Positions 47,539 through 58,730 of a stretch of 64,000 nt of DNA are shown here, piece after piece; positions within the stretch are counted from its first letter, which is position 1; every line of letters begins with the position of its first letter. The DNA is taken from NCBI GenBank assembly GCA_963664395.2, contig OY761159.2:4352001-4416000 (forward strand), given 5' to 3'. The notes beneath the pieces were generated by a model. The model worked only from the letters and a program-made list of their open reading frames with translations. It did no database searches and was not told where the DNA came from. Made by a program: the position numbers and the translations under genes. The DNA is from Candidatus Binatia bacterium. GTDB lineage: Bacteria > Desulfobacterota > Binatia > Bin18.

Positions 47539-47898
47539 TTATTTTCTTCGGAACATGAGAGCTAACCAGCCCCCTACCCCCATCACAACAGCCAAAAACA
47601 ACATCACCAGTCCTACTGGGGCAAAGAGTGGAAGTAGAATAATACCAATAAGAAGAAATGGAATACTCAAAGCGACTGGACTGAAGGGAGAAGACGGCTC
47701 GGCCTGATCTTCCCCTACAGGCTCTTCCGTTCGTGTTGTTTCCGTTCCGCCCTGCAGCAGGCTTACTGCGTAGTCGCGTAATTCTTCACGCCCGTCAGTC
47801 CCAGCTTCGTTGATTAAGCGAGACAACTCCTCAGTCAGGGCCTCGATTTTATTTTCGACATCCTGACTAGGCACTGATTTGTGCGCTTTTTCTGCCAC
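47539..47898 (-). CDS. Hypothetical membrane protein (two C-terminal TM helices)
   Basis: Acidic helical N-terminus plus hydrophobic hairpin; directly upstream of the Rieske gene. Confidence 0.7.
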   Translation of the reverse strand: MAEKAHKSVPSQDVENKIEALTEELSRLINEAGTDGREELRDYAVSLLQGGTETTRTEEPVGEDQAEPSSPFSPVALSIPFLLIGIILLPLFAPVGLVMLFLAVVMGVGGWLALMFRRK

Positions 47899-48014
47899 AG
47901 AGTTTCGCCGTTTTCTTGGGCAAATTAGTAACGGGCTGCCCCTAAATCGTCAACTCCCCCTCCCCTCTCATCCACCTGGTTCAAGTCTCCTCCTCTCCTT
48001 CTCTAAGGAGTCGC

Positions 48015-49295
48015 TCATTGAGCCATCTCGATTTTCTCATGTCCCCCCATATAGGGGCGCAGGACGTCGGGCATGACAACGCTACCGTCCTCTTGCTGGT
48101 AATGTTCAAGAATTGCGATGACCACCCGTGGCAGGGCGAGTCCAGAGCCGTTCAGCGTGTGCACCAACTCAGGTTTTGCACCTGGTTCGGGCCGGTAACG
48201 TATTTTCGCTCGACGAGCCTGGAAATCACGAAAATTGGAGCACGAACTCACTTCGAGCCATTCTGCACAGCCTGGCGCCCACATTTCAACATCATATTTG
48301 CAGGCTGCAACGAAGCTGAGATCTCCCGTACACATCTGAACGATGCGATGGGGTATTTTGAGTTTTCGGCACACATCCTCAGCATTGTCGACCAGAGCGA
48401 GCAGCTCAGCATCTGATTGCGAGGGTTCAACAAACTTCACCATTTCCACCTTGTCGAACTGATGGCCGCGTTTAATGCCCCGGACGTCGCGGCCCGCAGA
48501 CATTTTCTCGCGGCGAAAGCACGGCGTATACGCCACATGATACAAAGGAAGCTGGCCAGATTCGATCACTTCTTCCCTATACAGGTTGGTAACTGGTACC
48601 TCTGCAGTAGGGATAAACCAAAAATCCTCTTCAATATCTCGGTAGAGATTATCCCCAAATTTTGGGAGGTTACCTGTCCCAACTAAACAATCCCGTTTAA
48701 CCATGACAGGCGGGTATATTTCGGTATAGCCGTGTTCATCTACATGCAGGTCCAGCATCCAATTAATCAGTGCTCGCTGGAGTCGTGCGCCAAGGCCCTT
48801 GAGGATGTAAAAGCGGCTGCCCGAAATTTTTACACCGCGCTCAAAATCAATAATTCCTAAGGCTTCGCCAAGTTCCCAGTGCGGGCGAGGTGAAAACGAG
48901 AAGGCCGGCAGTTCTCCCTCCGTTCGGATAATAATGTTTTCTTCTTCGTCTTTCCCAACCGGGACATCAGGATGGGGAAGGTTCGGCAACTCTAAGAGCC
49001 GCTGCTGAAAGTCCTCTTCCTGCTGAGCAAGCTGTTTCTCCAGTTGGCTCACCTGCTCTCCGAGCGCTCGCATAGGTCGGACAGCCTTGTCTCGTTCGTC
49101 AGGGTCGGAAATTTTTTGGATTTCTTTTGAACGTTTCGTGCGTTCAGCGCGAAGCGCCTCTACTTCGCCCATGCTGGCGCGCCGGACTCGATCAACATCA
49201 AGCAGGGCATCGACATCAGCTCCCGGAACACCGACCGTTGCGAGTTGCTCTTTTACCTGCTCAGGATTGTCTCGGATCAGTTTAATATCAAGCAT
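48015..49295 (-). CDS. serS: Serine--tRNA ligase
   Basis: [41 protein letters not shown]. Confidence 0.98.
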   Translation of the reverse strand: MLDIKLIRDNPEQVKEQLATVGVPGADVDALLDVDRVRRASMGEVEALRAERTKRSKEIQKISDPDERDKAVRPMRALGEQVSQLEKQLAQQEEDFQQRLLELPNLPHPDVPVGKDEEENIIIRTEGELPAFSFSPRPHWELGEALGIIDFERGVKISGSRFYILKGLGARLQRALINWMLDLHVDEHGYTEIYPPVMVKRDCLVGTGNLPKFGDNLYRDIEEDFWFIPTAEVPVTNLYREEVIESGQLPLYHVAYTPCFRREKMSAGRDVRGIKRGHQFDKVEMVKFVEPSQSDAELLALVDNAEDVCRKLKIPHRIVQMCTGDLSFVAACKYDVEMWAPGCAEWLEVSSCSNFRDFQARRAKIRYRPEPGAKPELVHTLNGSGLALPRVVIAILEHYQQEDGSVVMPDVLRPYMGGHEKIEMAQ

Positions 49296-49310
49296 GCAGT
49301 TCTTCGCCTT

Positions 49311-49691
49311 TTATGCTGATGTTGGAAATTCAAATGCCTCTTTGATATGAGTCAGGTGCGCAGTGTCCCCTTCCCCAATAATCCCAATAACGTCAAATCG
49401 TATAGCCTGGTCGTGGAGCTGGAAACGCGAAACGTAATGGAGCGCAGTCATGGCGATTTGGCGCTGTTTCCGCTTATTGACTGAGGCTAATGGATCCCCA
49501 AATCTCCGAGAACGATGCGTCCGGACCTCAACGAATACGACCGTTTCCTGATCCTGAGCAACGAGGTCAATTTCTCCGCGTAGCCAGCGGTAATTGCGCT
49601 CAACTATCGCATAGCCGAGGCTACGTAAGAACTGCTCGGCACGCTGCTCGCCCTGTTGGCCGAACAGACGCCGCCGGTCGCCTTTCTCCAT
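49311..49691 (-). CDS. yraN: YraN (UPF0102) family protein
   Basis: GEQRA..L...GY.IVERNY, GEIDLVA, VFVEVR, RFDVI. Confidence 0.92.
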   Translation of the reverse strand: MEKGDRRRLFGQQGEQRAEQFLRSLGYAIVERNYRWLRGEIDLVAQDQETVVFVEVRTHRSRRFGDPLASVNKRKQRQIAMTALHYVSRFQLHDQAIRFDVIGIIGEGDTAHLTHIKEAFEFPTSA

Positions 49692-49773
49692 ATGCAGTAA
49701 GGTAGCTGACACGGCTTGCCTGGATCAAGAGCGTCCCCCCTGCAGAGCGCCTATTCCGTTGAATTGTCCGCTA

Positions 49774-49812
49774 CCCCTCTTTATCCTCCCTGTTAGGGGG
49801 GATAAAGAGGGG
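49774..49812. repeat. Intergenic palindrome (REP-like hairpin)
   Basis: CCCCTCTTTATCCTCCC-TGTTA-GGGGGGATAAAGAGGGG. Confidence 0.7.
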
Positions 49813-49841
49813 TGAGACGCTCGCAGAAGGAAGAAAAACAC

Positions 49842-50138
49842 ATGCGAATTACTCAAGATGAAGTTCGACAGGTTGCCGTATTGGCCCGCCTCTCATTTAC
49901 GGCTGAAGAACTCGCAGAGCTGACACAGCACTTTGATACCATATTGACCTATGTCGACAAATTAGGCGAATTGCAGACCGACGACGTTGAGCCGACCGCC
50001 CATGCAGTAGCGGTTTCGGCGCCATTGCGAGACGATGTTGTCACCAATACACCGAGTGATGCCAACACAGACGCTTTGTTGGCGAATGCCCCGAATCGCA
50101 AAACCCGCTTTTTTCGCGTTCCCAAGATTATCGAGTAG
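49842..50138 (+). CDS. gatC: Asp/Glu-tRNA amidotransferase subunit C
   Basis: EVRQVAVLARL, VEPTAH, LANAP, FRVPKIIE. Confidence 0.95.
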   Translation: MRITQDEVRQVAVLARLSFTAEELAELTQHFDTILTYVDKLGELQTDDVEPTAHAVAVSAPLRDDVVTNTPSDANTDALLANAPNRKTRFFRVPKIIE

Positions 50139-50203
50139 GTTTATCGAGTAGGTTTATCGAGTATATCGAGGTTTATAGGTTTATCGAGTAGGTTTATCGA
50201 GTA
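50128..50203 (+). repeat. 13-bp tandem repeat TTATCGAGTAGGT (about 5 units, one scrambled)
   Basis: Units at 50128, 50141, 50154 (partial), 50181 and 50194 (partial); the first unit includes the gatC stop codon. Confidence 0.92.
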
Positions 50204-50206
50204 AAC

Positions 50207-51667
50207 ATGTCGCACTACGCCCTTACCATTCATCAAGCCCAGCAGAAGCTACGCAGCCGAGAAGTCAGTGCCGTCGAACTGGCACAGTCCGTTCTGACCC
50301 GCATTCAGGAAACGGATGAACGCTTGCATTCATATCTGACCGTGTGTGCCGAAGAATCGCTCGCCCAAGCAGAAGCCGCAGACCGAACGCTTGCAAACGG
50401 AGCGACGCCCCCTCCACTGTGCGGTATTCCGGTTGCGCTCAAGGACGTCATCCTCGCCCAGGGCATTCGCTCAACCGCGGGTTCAAAAATTCTCGAACAA
50501 TTTATTGCGCCGTATGATGCAACCGTGACGCAACGCCTCAAGGAGGCCGGTGCGGTGATTATCGGCAAAGTCAACTGTGACGAGTTTGCCATGGGCTCGT
50601 CTAATGAGAATTCGGCTTTCACGCCATGTCGCAACCCCTGGGATACGGACCGGGTGCCGGGTGGCTCATCCGGCGGGTCTGCGGCATCAGTCGCGGCAGA
50701 CCAAGCCTGTGCGGCCTTAGGAACGGACACCGGCGGCTCCATTCGTCTGCCTGCCTCGTTCTGCGGCATTGTTGGTCTGAAACCAACCTATGGGCGGGTG
50801 AGTCGGTTTGGCGTTGTGGCTTATGCCTCGTCGTTGGACCAGGTCGGCCCCTGTACCAAAGATGTGCGGGACTGCGCAATTCTTCTGGATGTGATTGCCG
50901 GCTATGATCCCCGTGATTCAACCTCCGTCAACAGACCTGCGCCAGGCTATACAACCCACCTGGAGCAAGGAGTCAGCGGACTTCGCATTGGCATACCGCA
51001 ACAATACTTTGTTGAAGGTATGCAGCCGGAAGTGGAGACTGCGGTCAGAGACGCGATTGCGCAATTACAGGACCTGGGTGCAGAGGTTGGCCCCATCTCT
51101 CTCCCTCATACCGAATACGCGGTTGCCACCTATTATATTATTGCCATGGCCGAGGCGAGCTCAAACCTGGCCCGCTACGATGGGGTGCGCTATGGCTACC
51201 GGGCGACTGAGGTCGAAGACCTGGGAGACCTGTATCGGACGACCCGCGCCCAGGGATTCGGCAGCGAGGCCAAGCGGCGCATTATGCTCGGTACCTACGT
51301 CTTATCTGCCGGGTATTATGACGCCTATTATTTGAAGGCGCAGAAGGTGCGCACCCTTATTCGGCAGGATTTTCTGCACGCCTTTGAGGCCTGCGATATG
51401 ATTGCAACTCCGGTCGCTCCGACAACCGCGTTTCGGCTGGGAGAGAAACTGGCGGACCCGCTGACCATGTATCTCTCGGATATTTTTACCATAGCGGTCA
51501 ATTTGGCCGGCTTACCGGGACTGTCCGTGCCGTGCGGCTTTGATCAGCAAGGGCTGCCTATCGGGCTGCAGTTGATAGGGCCTCCCTTTGAGGAGGAGGT
51601 GTTGCTTCGGGCCGGTTACGCTTACGAGCAGGATCATGACTGGCGGACCCGTAAGCCGCCTCTCTAA
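50207..51667 (+). CDS. gatA: Amidotransferase subunit A
   Basis: [36 protein letters not shown]. Confidence 0.98.
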   Translation: MSHYALTIHQAQQKLRSREVSAVELAQSVLTRIQETDERLHSYLTVCAEESLAQAEAADRTLANGATPPPLCGIPVALKDVILAQGIRSTAGSKILEQFIAPYDATVTQRLKEAGAVIIGKVNCDEFAMGSSNENSAFTPCRNPWDTDRVPGGSSGGSAASVAADQACAALGTDTGGSIRLPASFCGIVGLKPTYGRVSRFGVVAYASSLDQVGPCTKDVRDCAILLDVIAGYDPRDSTSVNRPAPGYTTHLEQGVSGLRIGIPQQYFVEGMQPEVETAVRDAIAQLQDLGAEVGPISLPHTEYAVATYYIIAMAEASSNLARYDGVRYGYRATEVEDLGDLYRTTRAQGFGSEAKRRIMLGTYVLSAGYYDAYYLKAQKVRTLIRQDFLHAFEACDMIATPVAPTTAFRLGEKLADPLTMYLSDIFTIAVNLAGLPGLSVPCGFDQQGLPIGLQLIGPPFEEEVLLRAGYAYEQDHDWRTRKPPL

Positions 51668-51693
51668 CAGCAGAAAATTCACAGAGTATCAGT

Positions 51694-53139
51694 ATGACCT
51701 ACGAATCCGTTATTGGCTTGGAAGTGCACGCGCAATTACTGACTGCGTCAAAAATTTTTTGTGGCTGTTCTACCCGATTTGGCGCGGCCCCCAACCAGCA
51801 TACCTGCCCGGTCTGCCTGGGCCTGCCCGGGGTCTTACCCGTGCTCAATAAGAAGGTCGTCGATTTCGCGCTCCGTGCCGCACTGGCAACGCACTGTGCC
51901 ATTACGCCCACGAGCCGCTGGGCACGGAAAAACTATTTTTATCCGGACCTGCCCAAGGGCTACCAGATTAGCATGTATGAGCTGCCCATTGCCGAACACG
52001 GCTCTGTTGAGGTCACCGTCCAAGGACACGCGAAAAAGGTGCGTTTAACGCGGATTCACATGGAGGAGGACGCGGGAAAGAGCATCCATGATGCTGAGGC
52101 CGGAGCGAGTCTTATCGACCTGAATCGCGCGGGTGTTCCCTTGTTAGAGATTGTCAGTGAACCGGATATCCGCTCTGCCGAGGAAGCTGGCAGTTATCTC
52201 CGGAATTTACGGGCTATTCTCCAATATATTGAGGTCTGTGATGGCAATATGGAAGAAGGCAGTCTGCGTTGCGACGCCAATGTGTCCATACGTCCGTACG
52301 GGGATACCGAGTTCGGCACCAGAGCGGAAATCAAGAATCTCAATTCGTTTCGTGCAGTAGAAAAGGCGATTGAGCACGAGATTCAGCGCCAGACCGAGGT
52401 CGTCGAGGCCGGCGGCCGGGTCGTCCAGGAAACCCGCTTGTGGGATGCGGACCGAGAAGTGACCCGTTCCATGCGTAGCAAGGAGTTTGCGCACGATTAC
52501 CGTTATTTTCCAGACCCGGATCTGCTCCCGCTTGTTGTGGATGAGGCATGGGTTCAGGCGGTCCAAACGGTCCTGCCCGAACTGCCAACAGAGCGTCGCA
52601 CGCGCCTCACCCAAGAATATGGTTTACCCGCCTACGATGCGGAAGTTCTCACCGCGCGAAAAGATGTCGCTGACTACTTTGAAGCCGCAGTCCGGGCGTA
52701 TCCGACTGATCCTAAAACGATCAGTAACTGGGTAATGGACAGCGTACTGCGCTTCGTTAAGGAAGAAAAACTGGACGCGGCGCTGAAGATCGAGACCTGG
52801 CCCTGCCCGCCCGAGCGCCTGGGCGAATTAATTGGGTTGATACAGGACGGCACCATCAGCACGACTATCGCCAAGACCGTTTACGAAGAAATGCGCCGAA
52901 CCGGACATTCCCCGGAGGAAATCATTGAGTCCAAGGGACTGCGTCAGGTCAGTGATACCGACACCTTACAGGCCGCCATTGCCGAGGTATTGACAGCCAA
53001 CCCGGATAAAGTGGACGCCTATCGTGGCGGAAAAGAAAAACTGCTCGGCTTCTTTGTCGGGCAGGTCATGCGCGCCACCCAGGGCAAGGCCAATCCCCAG
53101 ATGGTCAATACGCTCTTACGGCAAAAGCTCTCCCAATAG
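51694..53139 (+). CDS. gatB: Amidotransferase subunit B
   Basis: [34 protein letters not shown]. Confidence 0.98.
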   Translation: MTYESVIGLEVHAQLLTASKIFCGCSTRFGAAPNQHTCPVCLGLPGVLPVLNKKVVDFALRAALATHCAITPTSRWARKNYFYPDLPKGYQISMYELPIAEHGSVEVTVQGHAKKVRLTRIHMEEDAGKSIHDAEAGASLIDLNRAGVPLLEIVSEPDIRSAEEAGSYLRNLRAILQYIEVCDGNMEEGSLRCDANVSIRPYGDTEFGTRAEIKNLNSFRAVEKAIEHEIQRQTEVVEAGGRVVQETRLWDADREVTRSMRSKEFAHDYRYFPDPDLLPLVVDEAWVQAVQTVLPELPTERRTRLTQEYGLPAYDAEVLTARKDVADYFEAAVRAYPTDPKTISNWVMDSVLRFVKEEKLDAALKIETWPCPPERLGELIGLIQDGTISTTIAKTVYEEMRRTGHSPEEIIESKGLRQVSDTDTLQAAIAEVLTANPDKVDAYRGGKEKLLGFFVGQVMRATQGKANPQMVNTLLRQKLSQ

Positions 53140-53179
53140 CGTCGCCAGCGATTCGACCAGTTCAGTACAGGAGCCCAGC

Positions 53180-54361
53180 ATGGATTTTCATTTTACCCCA
53201 GCGCAGGATGCCTTTCGGCAGGAACTCCGCACCTGGCTCGCGGCCAACGTTCCACAAGACCATGGCCCGCTCCGTCACCTTCAGCCGCAGGCCTCAGCCG
53301 CAGACCTCACCTTCCTGAAAGACTGGCAGCGCACAGTCTTTGAAGGCGGCTGGACCGGGATTTCCTGGCCCAAAGAGTATGGCGGCCGAGGCGCTTCGCT
53401 GATTGAGCGAGTTATCTTTGATGAAGAAATGGCCAGCCACAAAGCGCCTGGGCTGCTTAATGTCCTGGGTCTGGAGATAGTCGGGCCGACGATTATTGTC
53501 TATGGGACGGAAGAACAGAAAAAAAAGCATCTCGCGGCTATCCTGAGTGGTGCGGATATCTGGAGCCAGGGCTATTCCGAGCCGAACTCGGGCTCAGACC
53601 TGGGCTCACTCCAGACACGCGCAGTTGACCAGGGCGATTATTTTTTAGTGAACGGCCAGAAAGTATGGACGAGTTTGGCCCGCTATGCCAATTGGTGCTT
53701 ACTCCTGGTGCGGACCGACCCTGACGCGCCCAAACATCACGGCCTGTCAGCCCTCCTGGTTGACATGCAGAGTCCGGGCATCACGGTGAAGCCGCTTCGG
53801 ACCATGACCGGCGAGAGCGAGTTTAACGAGGTCTTTTTCGAGAACGTCCAGGTCCCCAAGGCCAATCTTCTGGGAGAGATGAACCAGGGCTGGAAGGTCA
53901 TTATTACCTCGCTCATGTTTGAGCGGCAGGGGCTGGGCTTCTATTTTACCTTCGCCCAAAAACGGACCTACGAAGACCTGCGTGCCTGGTTGTGCAATTC
54001 CGGCCGGGTCTCAGGTCGGACGGACCGTCGGCTGCGCCAGAAAATGGCCCAGGCATATATGGATTGTGAGGTCTTGAAACTGAATAATTATCGCGCCCTA
54101 ACGCGGCTGCTGCGCGGTAACCCGGCCGGGCCGGAAGGCTCGATTGCCAAGCTACATTGGGCCGAAACCAACCAGCGCATGCAGGATCTCGCCGTCGAGC
54201 TGCAGGGAGCCGCCGGGCAACTCTATGACGCAGCCGAAGCGGAACATTATTGGCAGTACGGCTTTCTCCGAGCCCGAGCCAATACCATTGAAGGCGGCAC
54301 GTCCGAAATCCTGCGCAACATCATCGCCGAACGTGTCCTCCAACTGCCCAAGGGCCGCTAA
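53180..54361 (+). CDS. Acyl-CoA dehydrogenase
   Basis: WSQGYSEPNSGSDL, NGQKVWTS, FNEVFF, TIEGGTSEILRN. Confidence 0.95.
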   Translation: MDFHFTPAQDAFRQELRTWLAANVPQDHGPLRHLQPQASAADLTFLKDWQRTVFEGGWTGISWPKEYGGRGASLIERVIFDEEMASHKAPGLLNVLGLEIVGPTIIVYGTEEQKKKHLAAILSGADIWSQGYSEPNSGSDLGSLQTRAVDQGDYFLVNGQKVWTSLARYANWCLLLVRTDPDAPKHHGLSALLVDMQSPGITVKPLRTMTGESEFNEVFFENVQVPKANLLGEMNQGWKVIITSLMFERQGLGFYFTFAQKRTYEDLRAWLCNSGRVSGRTDRRLRQKMAQAYMDCEVLKLNNYRALTRLLRGNPAGPEGSIAKLHWAETNQRMQDLAVELQGAAGQLYDAAEAEHYWQYGFLRARANTIEGGTSEILRNIIAERVLQLPKGR

Positions 54362-54388
54362 AGATTCCTAGAGGAAAAAACTCTCGAA

Positions 54389-57235
54389 ATGGCAAAGTCC
54401 CAAAAAAATACAGCCAAGCAGACCCTCAGCTACCGCCATAGCGACAAGCGGAAGAACAACCCGCCTGTCGGCATGGTCGATACCGCCAGCGACGGAGTGG
54501 AGGGACAAACAACGTGGGCGTATGATCCGCATATTGACCCGACCCTCAACTTCGACACCGCCCGAGCCGGCATTGAAAAGCTGATTGATGAGGCCCTGGC
54601 CTCGGGTGACGAGGCGGTCATGCGCCAAGCTCTGGAACAGCTTAAACGGATGCACACGCCGTATCTCAACTGGACCGGCAAGGCTGAGCGGACCAGTTTT
54701 GAGGTCGATACGGTGTCGCTACACGTTCATGAACGTATTGACCCAGCCACGATTTTGGCTGCGGTACAGCAACGCCTGAAGGGAGCAAGAGGCAAGAGCA
54801 AGGTAGAATTCCAACCCGACCTGTTCGCCGCTCCGTTCGAGAACCTGCCGCTGCGGGAAGCCATCGAATTCTACAAGCACGAGCGCGATTGGGCCAACCG
54901 GCTCATTGCTGGTGATTCACTGCTGGTCATGAATTCGCTGTTGCAGAAGGAGAGCATGGCCGGACAGGTACAGATGATCTACATCGACCCGCCGTATGGC
55001 ATCAAATACGGCTCAAACTTCCAGCCGTTTACCAATAAGCGGGACGTGAAAGACCGGAAAGACGAGGACCTGACCCACGAGCCAGAGATGATTAAGGCGT
55101 TCCGGGATACGTGGGAGCTAGGTCTTCACTCCTATCTCACCTACTTACGTGACCGTTTGTTATTGGCGAGGGAACTGCTGAGCGAGTCGGGCAGTGTATT
55201 TGTGCAGATTGGGGATGAGAATGTGCATCGGGTACGGGCGTTGATGGATGAGGTGTTTGGTGATGAGAACTTCTGTGCTCAAATTAGTTATCGTACATCT
55301 GTACCGCTTACCTCTTCCGGTTTGCCAAGTGTCACAGATCACCTCCTTTGGTTTGCAAAAAATAAAGAGTCTTTCAAGTTTCGGGACCTTTTTGTCGGAC
55401 GCGAAACCGGCGACAAGTCGAGATACTCGAACGTCGAGTTGCCGAACGGAAGGCGAAGAGCCTTGGCCGCTGAGGAGAAGGCTGACTTAGGCCAATTGCC
55501 TTCTGGCAGCCGGCCGTTTTCAGATATGGACCTCGCGTCTAGTGGATATACTCCGTCGTGCACCTTTAGCTTTCCCTATCGAGGGAAAACTTACTCGACT
55601 AGTTCAGGCAAAAGTTGGAAAACCACTAGCTCTGGAATGGGAGTTTTGGGAAAGGCAGGGCGTATAACCGACAGTGGACATACAATCAGGTATGTCATTT
55701 TCCATGATGACTTTCCAGTAACTAAACTTGCGAATGCATGGCTGGATACAACTGGTGAGCTAAAGAAAAGCTATGTTGTTCAAACGCATACTAGAATCAT
55801 CGAACGTTGTCTTCTCATGACCACTGACCCCGGCGACTTGGTGCTAGACCCTACCTGCGGCTCTGGCACGACTGCCTTTGTTGCCGAGAAGTGGGGCCGA
55901 CGCTGGATTACAACTGATACCTCACGTGTGGCTGTCACTCTGGCCAAGCAACGGCTGATGACCGCGAGTTACGACTACTATGATCTCAAATATCCCCATG
56001 AAGGCTTGAAGGGTGGCTTTGTCTACAAGACCGTCCCGCATATCACCCTCAAGTCTATTGCCAATAATCCCGAGATTGATGAAATCTATGAGCGGATGCA
56101 TCCAGCGGTTGAGCAGGCGTTGGACGCCCTGAATCAGTCTCTTTCCTTGACAGGAGAGGAACTGAAAGAATGGGAAGTCCCGTTCGATTTCCCCGAAGAC
56201 TGGCCAGAGGCGGCCCGTGCCCCTTTCGATGCCTTCCACACCGCTCTCCAGGCCCTGCAGAAAAAGATGGACGAATCTATTGCCGCCCACGCCGACCAGG
56301 AAATTTTGTACGACCAGCCCCAGGTGTCTAAAAACAGACTCCGTATCACCGGCCCCTTCACCGTCGAAGCGGTGCCCTTCCCCACTGTATTGGGTCTGGA
56401 AGAAGCGGAGCAGCCGTCCAGCGCTGACATGACCGTTGCCCGCTCCGGCGAAACTGCCCGCCAAGGTCAATGGCGGGATGAACTACTCAAAGCCGGTATT
56501 CGTGGTAAAGGCGGTCAAAAGTTACAACTAGCCGACCTAGAACCGCTGCCGGACGCGCGCTACATTCACGCTGTCGGCACGGTGGCCGAAACCGGTGAGC
56601 GTGTCGCCGTCAGCTTTGGCCCCCAACACGCCGCACTCGAACAACGCCAAGTTGAAATCGCCATGCGTGAGGCTGGCGAACTCTTCCCCCTACCCAAAAT
56701 GCTGGTGTTCTGTGCTTTTACCTTCGACCCGGAAGCTGCCAAGGACATCGACAACATCAAGAGCATCACCACCGTCCTGAAAGCCCAGATGAACACCGAC
56801 CTGCTGACCGAAGACCTGAAAAAGGCCCGCACCAGCAACGAGTCGTTCTGGCTCATGGGGCAGCCTGATATCGAAATTCACCATCTGAAAGGCGGACAGT
56901 ATCAGGTCGAAGTCCACGGCTTTGACTACTTCGATACCAAGACCGGCGAGCTGAAGTCGGGTGGCAAAAACAATATCGCCATGTGGTCGCTGGATACCGA
57001 CTATGACGACCGCTCGCTTTTCCCCAGACAGGTCTTCTTGCCCATGTCGGGAGCCAAAGACGGTTGGAACAAGCTGAAAAAGGAAATCAAGGCCGAGCTG
57101 AACGAAGATTTACTCACTCAGTTTCGAGGCACAAAATCCCTCCCCTTCGAGCCTGGAGAGAATCAGCGTATCGCCGTCAAGATTGTCGATGATCGTGGCA
57201 TTGAAAGTCTCAAGGTGATGGACATCACAGATTGA
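54389..57235 (+). CDS. mod: Type III RM DNA methyltransferase
   Basis: YIDPPY, DPTCGSGTT, C-terminal AVKIVDDRG. Confidence 0.93.
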   Translation: MAKSQKNTAKQTLSYRHSDKRKNNPPVGMVDTASDGVEGQTTWAYDPHIDPTLNFDTARAGIEKLIDEALASGDEAVMRQALEQLKRMHTPYLNWTGKAERTSFEVDTVSLHVHERIDPATILAAVQQRLKGARGKSKVEFQPDLFAAPFENLPLREAIEFYKHERDWANRLIAGDSLLVMNSLLQKESMAGQVQMIYIDPPYGIKYGSNFQPFTNKRDVKDRKDEDLTHEPEMIKAFRDTWELGLHSYLTYLRDRLLLARELLSESGSVFVQIGDENVHRVRALMDEVFGDENFCAQISYRTSVPLTSSGLPSVTDHLLWFAKNKESFKFRDLFVGRETGDKSRYSNVELPNGRRRALAAEEKADLGQLPSGSRPFSDMDLASSGYTPSCTFSFPYRGKTYSTSSGKSWKTTSSGMGVLGKAGRITDSGHTIRYVIFHDDFPVTKLANAWLDTTGELKKSYVVQTHTRIIERCLLMTTDPGDLVLDPTCGSGTTAFVAEKWGRRWITTDTSRVAVTLAKQRLMTASYDYYDLKYPHEGLKGGFVYKTVPHITLKSIANNPEIDEIYERMHPAVEQALDALNQSLSLTGEELKEWEVPFDFPEDWPEAARAPFDAFHTALQALQKKMDESIAAHADQEILYDQPQVSKNRLRITGPFTVEAVPFPTVLGLEEAEQPSSADMTVARSGETARQGQWRDELLKAGIRGKGGQKLQLADLEPLPDARYIHAVGTVAETGERVAVSFGPQHAALEQRQVEIAMREAGELFPLPKMLVFCAFTFDPEAAKDIDNIKSITTVLKAQMNTDLLTEDLKKARTSNESFWLMGQPDIEIHHLKGGQYQVEVHGFDYFDTKTGELKSGGKNNIAMWSLDTDYDDRSLFPRQVFLPMSGAKDGWNKLKKEIKAELNEDLLTQFRGTKSLPFEPGENQRIAVKIVDDRGIESLKVMDITD

Positions 57236-57237
57236 GA

Positions 57238-57299
57238 CCCCCCACCCTAACACCCTTCGACTCGGCTCAGGACAGGCTCCCCATCAAGGGGAGAGGGAA
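57238..57299 (+). repeat. Composite REP-like element
   Basis: CCCACCCTAAC...TCCCCATCAAGGGGAGAGGG interrupted by CCCTTCGACTCGGCTCAGGACAGGC. Confidence 0.55.
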
Positions 57300-57310
57300 T
57301 TGGAGATGAC

Positions 57311-58729
57311 ATGAAATTCATATTCAAAAACCTAGGCCCTATAAACGAAGCCGAACTGGAACTCGGTGACCTGACGATTATTGCCGGGCGGAATAATACG
57401 GGTAAGACGTATGTGGCGTATGCGTTGTATGGGTTTCTTAGATCGTGGCAGGGTTGGCCTCGGTTCCCAGAATTCTTTCATAATGCGCTCCAAAAATATC
57501 TGTCTTTCGACCAGTCGCTCAATATCCCAACAATGGAAAAACTTGCTAAAGCAGTCTTACAAGAGGGACAAGCCAAATGGGCCGTAGATAGAGAAGAACT
57601 GAGACGGGCGAGGAAAACATTTCTGCGGGAAATAGCCCTGGGCTTCTCGGCAGGAGCCTTGCCACAAGTGTTTAGTGCTCCACCTGAGGACTTTGAAGGC
57701 ACTTCGCTTGAAGTCTCGACCGAGGAGACGTTTTTCGAAGATACGCCGAGTCCAACTTTCCGCCTCCCTACTGGGGACGAATTTACGATTACATATAGCG
57801 ACAATGAGGTATGTACGCGTAGAGTCAGGATAGGCGAGGAAGTTCCCCCTACCGATGTCGTTACCTTCCTTCTCTCAGATCTCTATCTTACGTTTTTTCT
57901 CCCCAAACTTCCCGGTCCGTTCATCCTCTCGGCGGAGCGTTTCGGCATATCGCTCTTCTATAAGGAACTCGACTTTACAAAGAATCGCTTGGTGGAGGCA
58001 CTTCAAGAAATCGGAAAAGACAGGGAAAGAGATAGGTTCCTTCCATTTTCGATAATCGACAAGATGGCCAGTCGATATGCTCTGCCGATCAAGCACAATA
58101 TCGACTACACCAGAAGCATTCCTGATTTGAAAAAGAACCGAAGTGAAATATACGATTCTAAATTGTTCAACGATATTAGAGATATGCTGGGAGGCTCTTA
58201 TGCCGCTTCCGGTGACGATATCCGCTTCAAGTCAAAGGCACGGAAAGGCGGCTTTGACATTCCTCTCCATCTTGCCTCTTCTTCGGCCCGTGGATTGTCC
58301 GACTTGTATTTTTTTCTACGCCACGTAGCGCGCAAAGGTCAGCTTCTTATCATCGACGAGCCGGAAAGCCATCTTGATACGGCCAACCAGATTCAATTCG
58401 CGCGTCTGTTAGCGCGAGCAGTCCACGCTGGTCTGAAAGTCCTGATTACGACCCACAGCGACTACATCGTCAAGGAAATCAACAACCTGCTCATGCTGAG
58501 CGAGCCTTTCGAGGAGAAGAGTGAGGTGCTGAAAGAACTCGGCTACTCAAAGCACGACTTCCTGAAACCCGACTCTGTCCGGGCATATGTAGCCGAAAAA
58601 AACAGTCTGACCCGGTGTACAATCGACCGTCACGGCATCAATATGCCGGTCTTTGACGAGACTATCGACTCAATCAACCGGGTTTCCAACGAACTTTCAG
58701 TCCGGCTGAAATACGAAGGAGAAGGATGA
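57311..58729 (+). CDS. ABC-type ATPase (AAA_15/AAA_21-like)
   Basis: KNLGPI, GRNNTGKT Walker A, ASSSARGL signature-like, IIDEPESHL, TTHS. Confidence 0.92.
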   Translation: MKFIFKNLGPINEAELELGDLTIIAGRNNTGKTYVAYALYGFLRSWQGWPRFPEFFHNALQKYLSFDQSLNIPTMEKLAKAVLQEGQAKWAVDREELRRARKTFLREIALGFSAGALPQVFSAPPEDFEGTSLEVSTEETFFEDTPSPTFRLPTGDEFTITYSDNEVCTRRVRIGEEVPPTDVVTFLLSDLYLTFFLPKLPGPFILSAERFGISLFYKELDFTKNRLVEALQEIGKDRERDRFLPFSIIDKMASRYALPIKHNIDYTRSIPDLKKNRSEIYDSKLFNDIRDMLGGSYAASGDDIRFKSKARKGGFDIPLHLASSSARGLSDLYFFLRHVARKGQLLIIDEPESHLDTANQIQFARLLARAVHAGLKVLITTHSDYIVKEINNLLMLSEPFEEKSEVLKELGYSKHDFLKPDSVRAYVAEKNSLTRCTIDRHGINMPVFDETIDSINRVSNELSVRLKYEGEG

Positions 58730-58730
58730 G

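Noticed and set aside
50128-50203. CRISPR-like array
   Set aside because: 13-bp units with no unique spacers and no cas genes; it is a tandem repeat.
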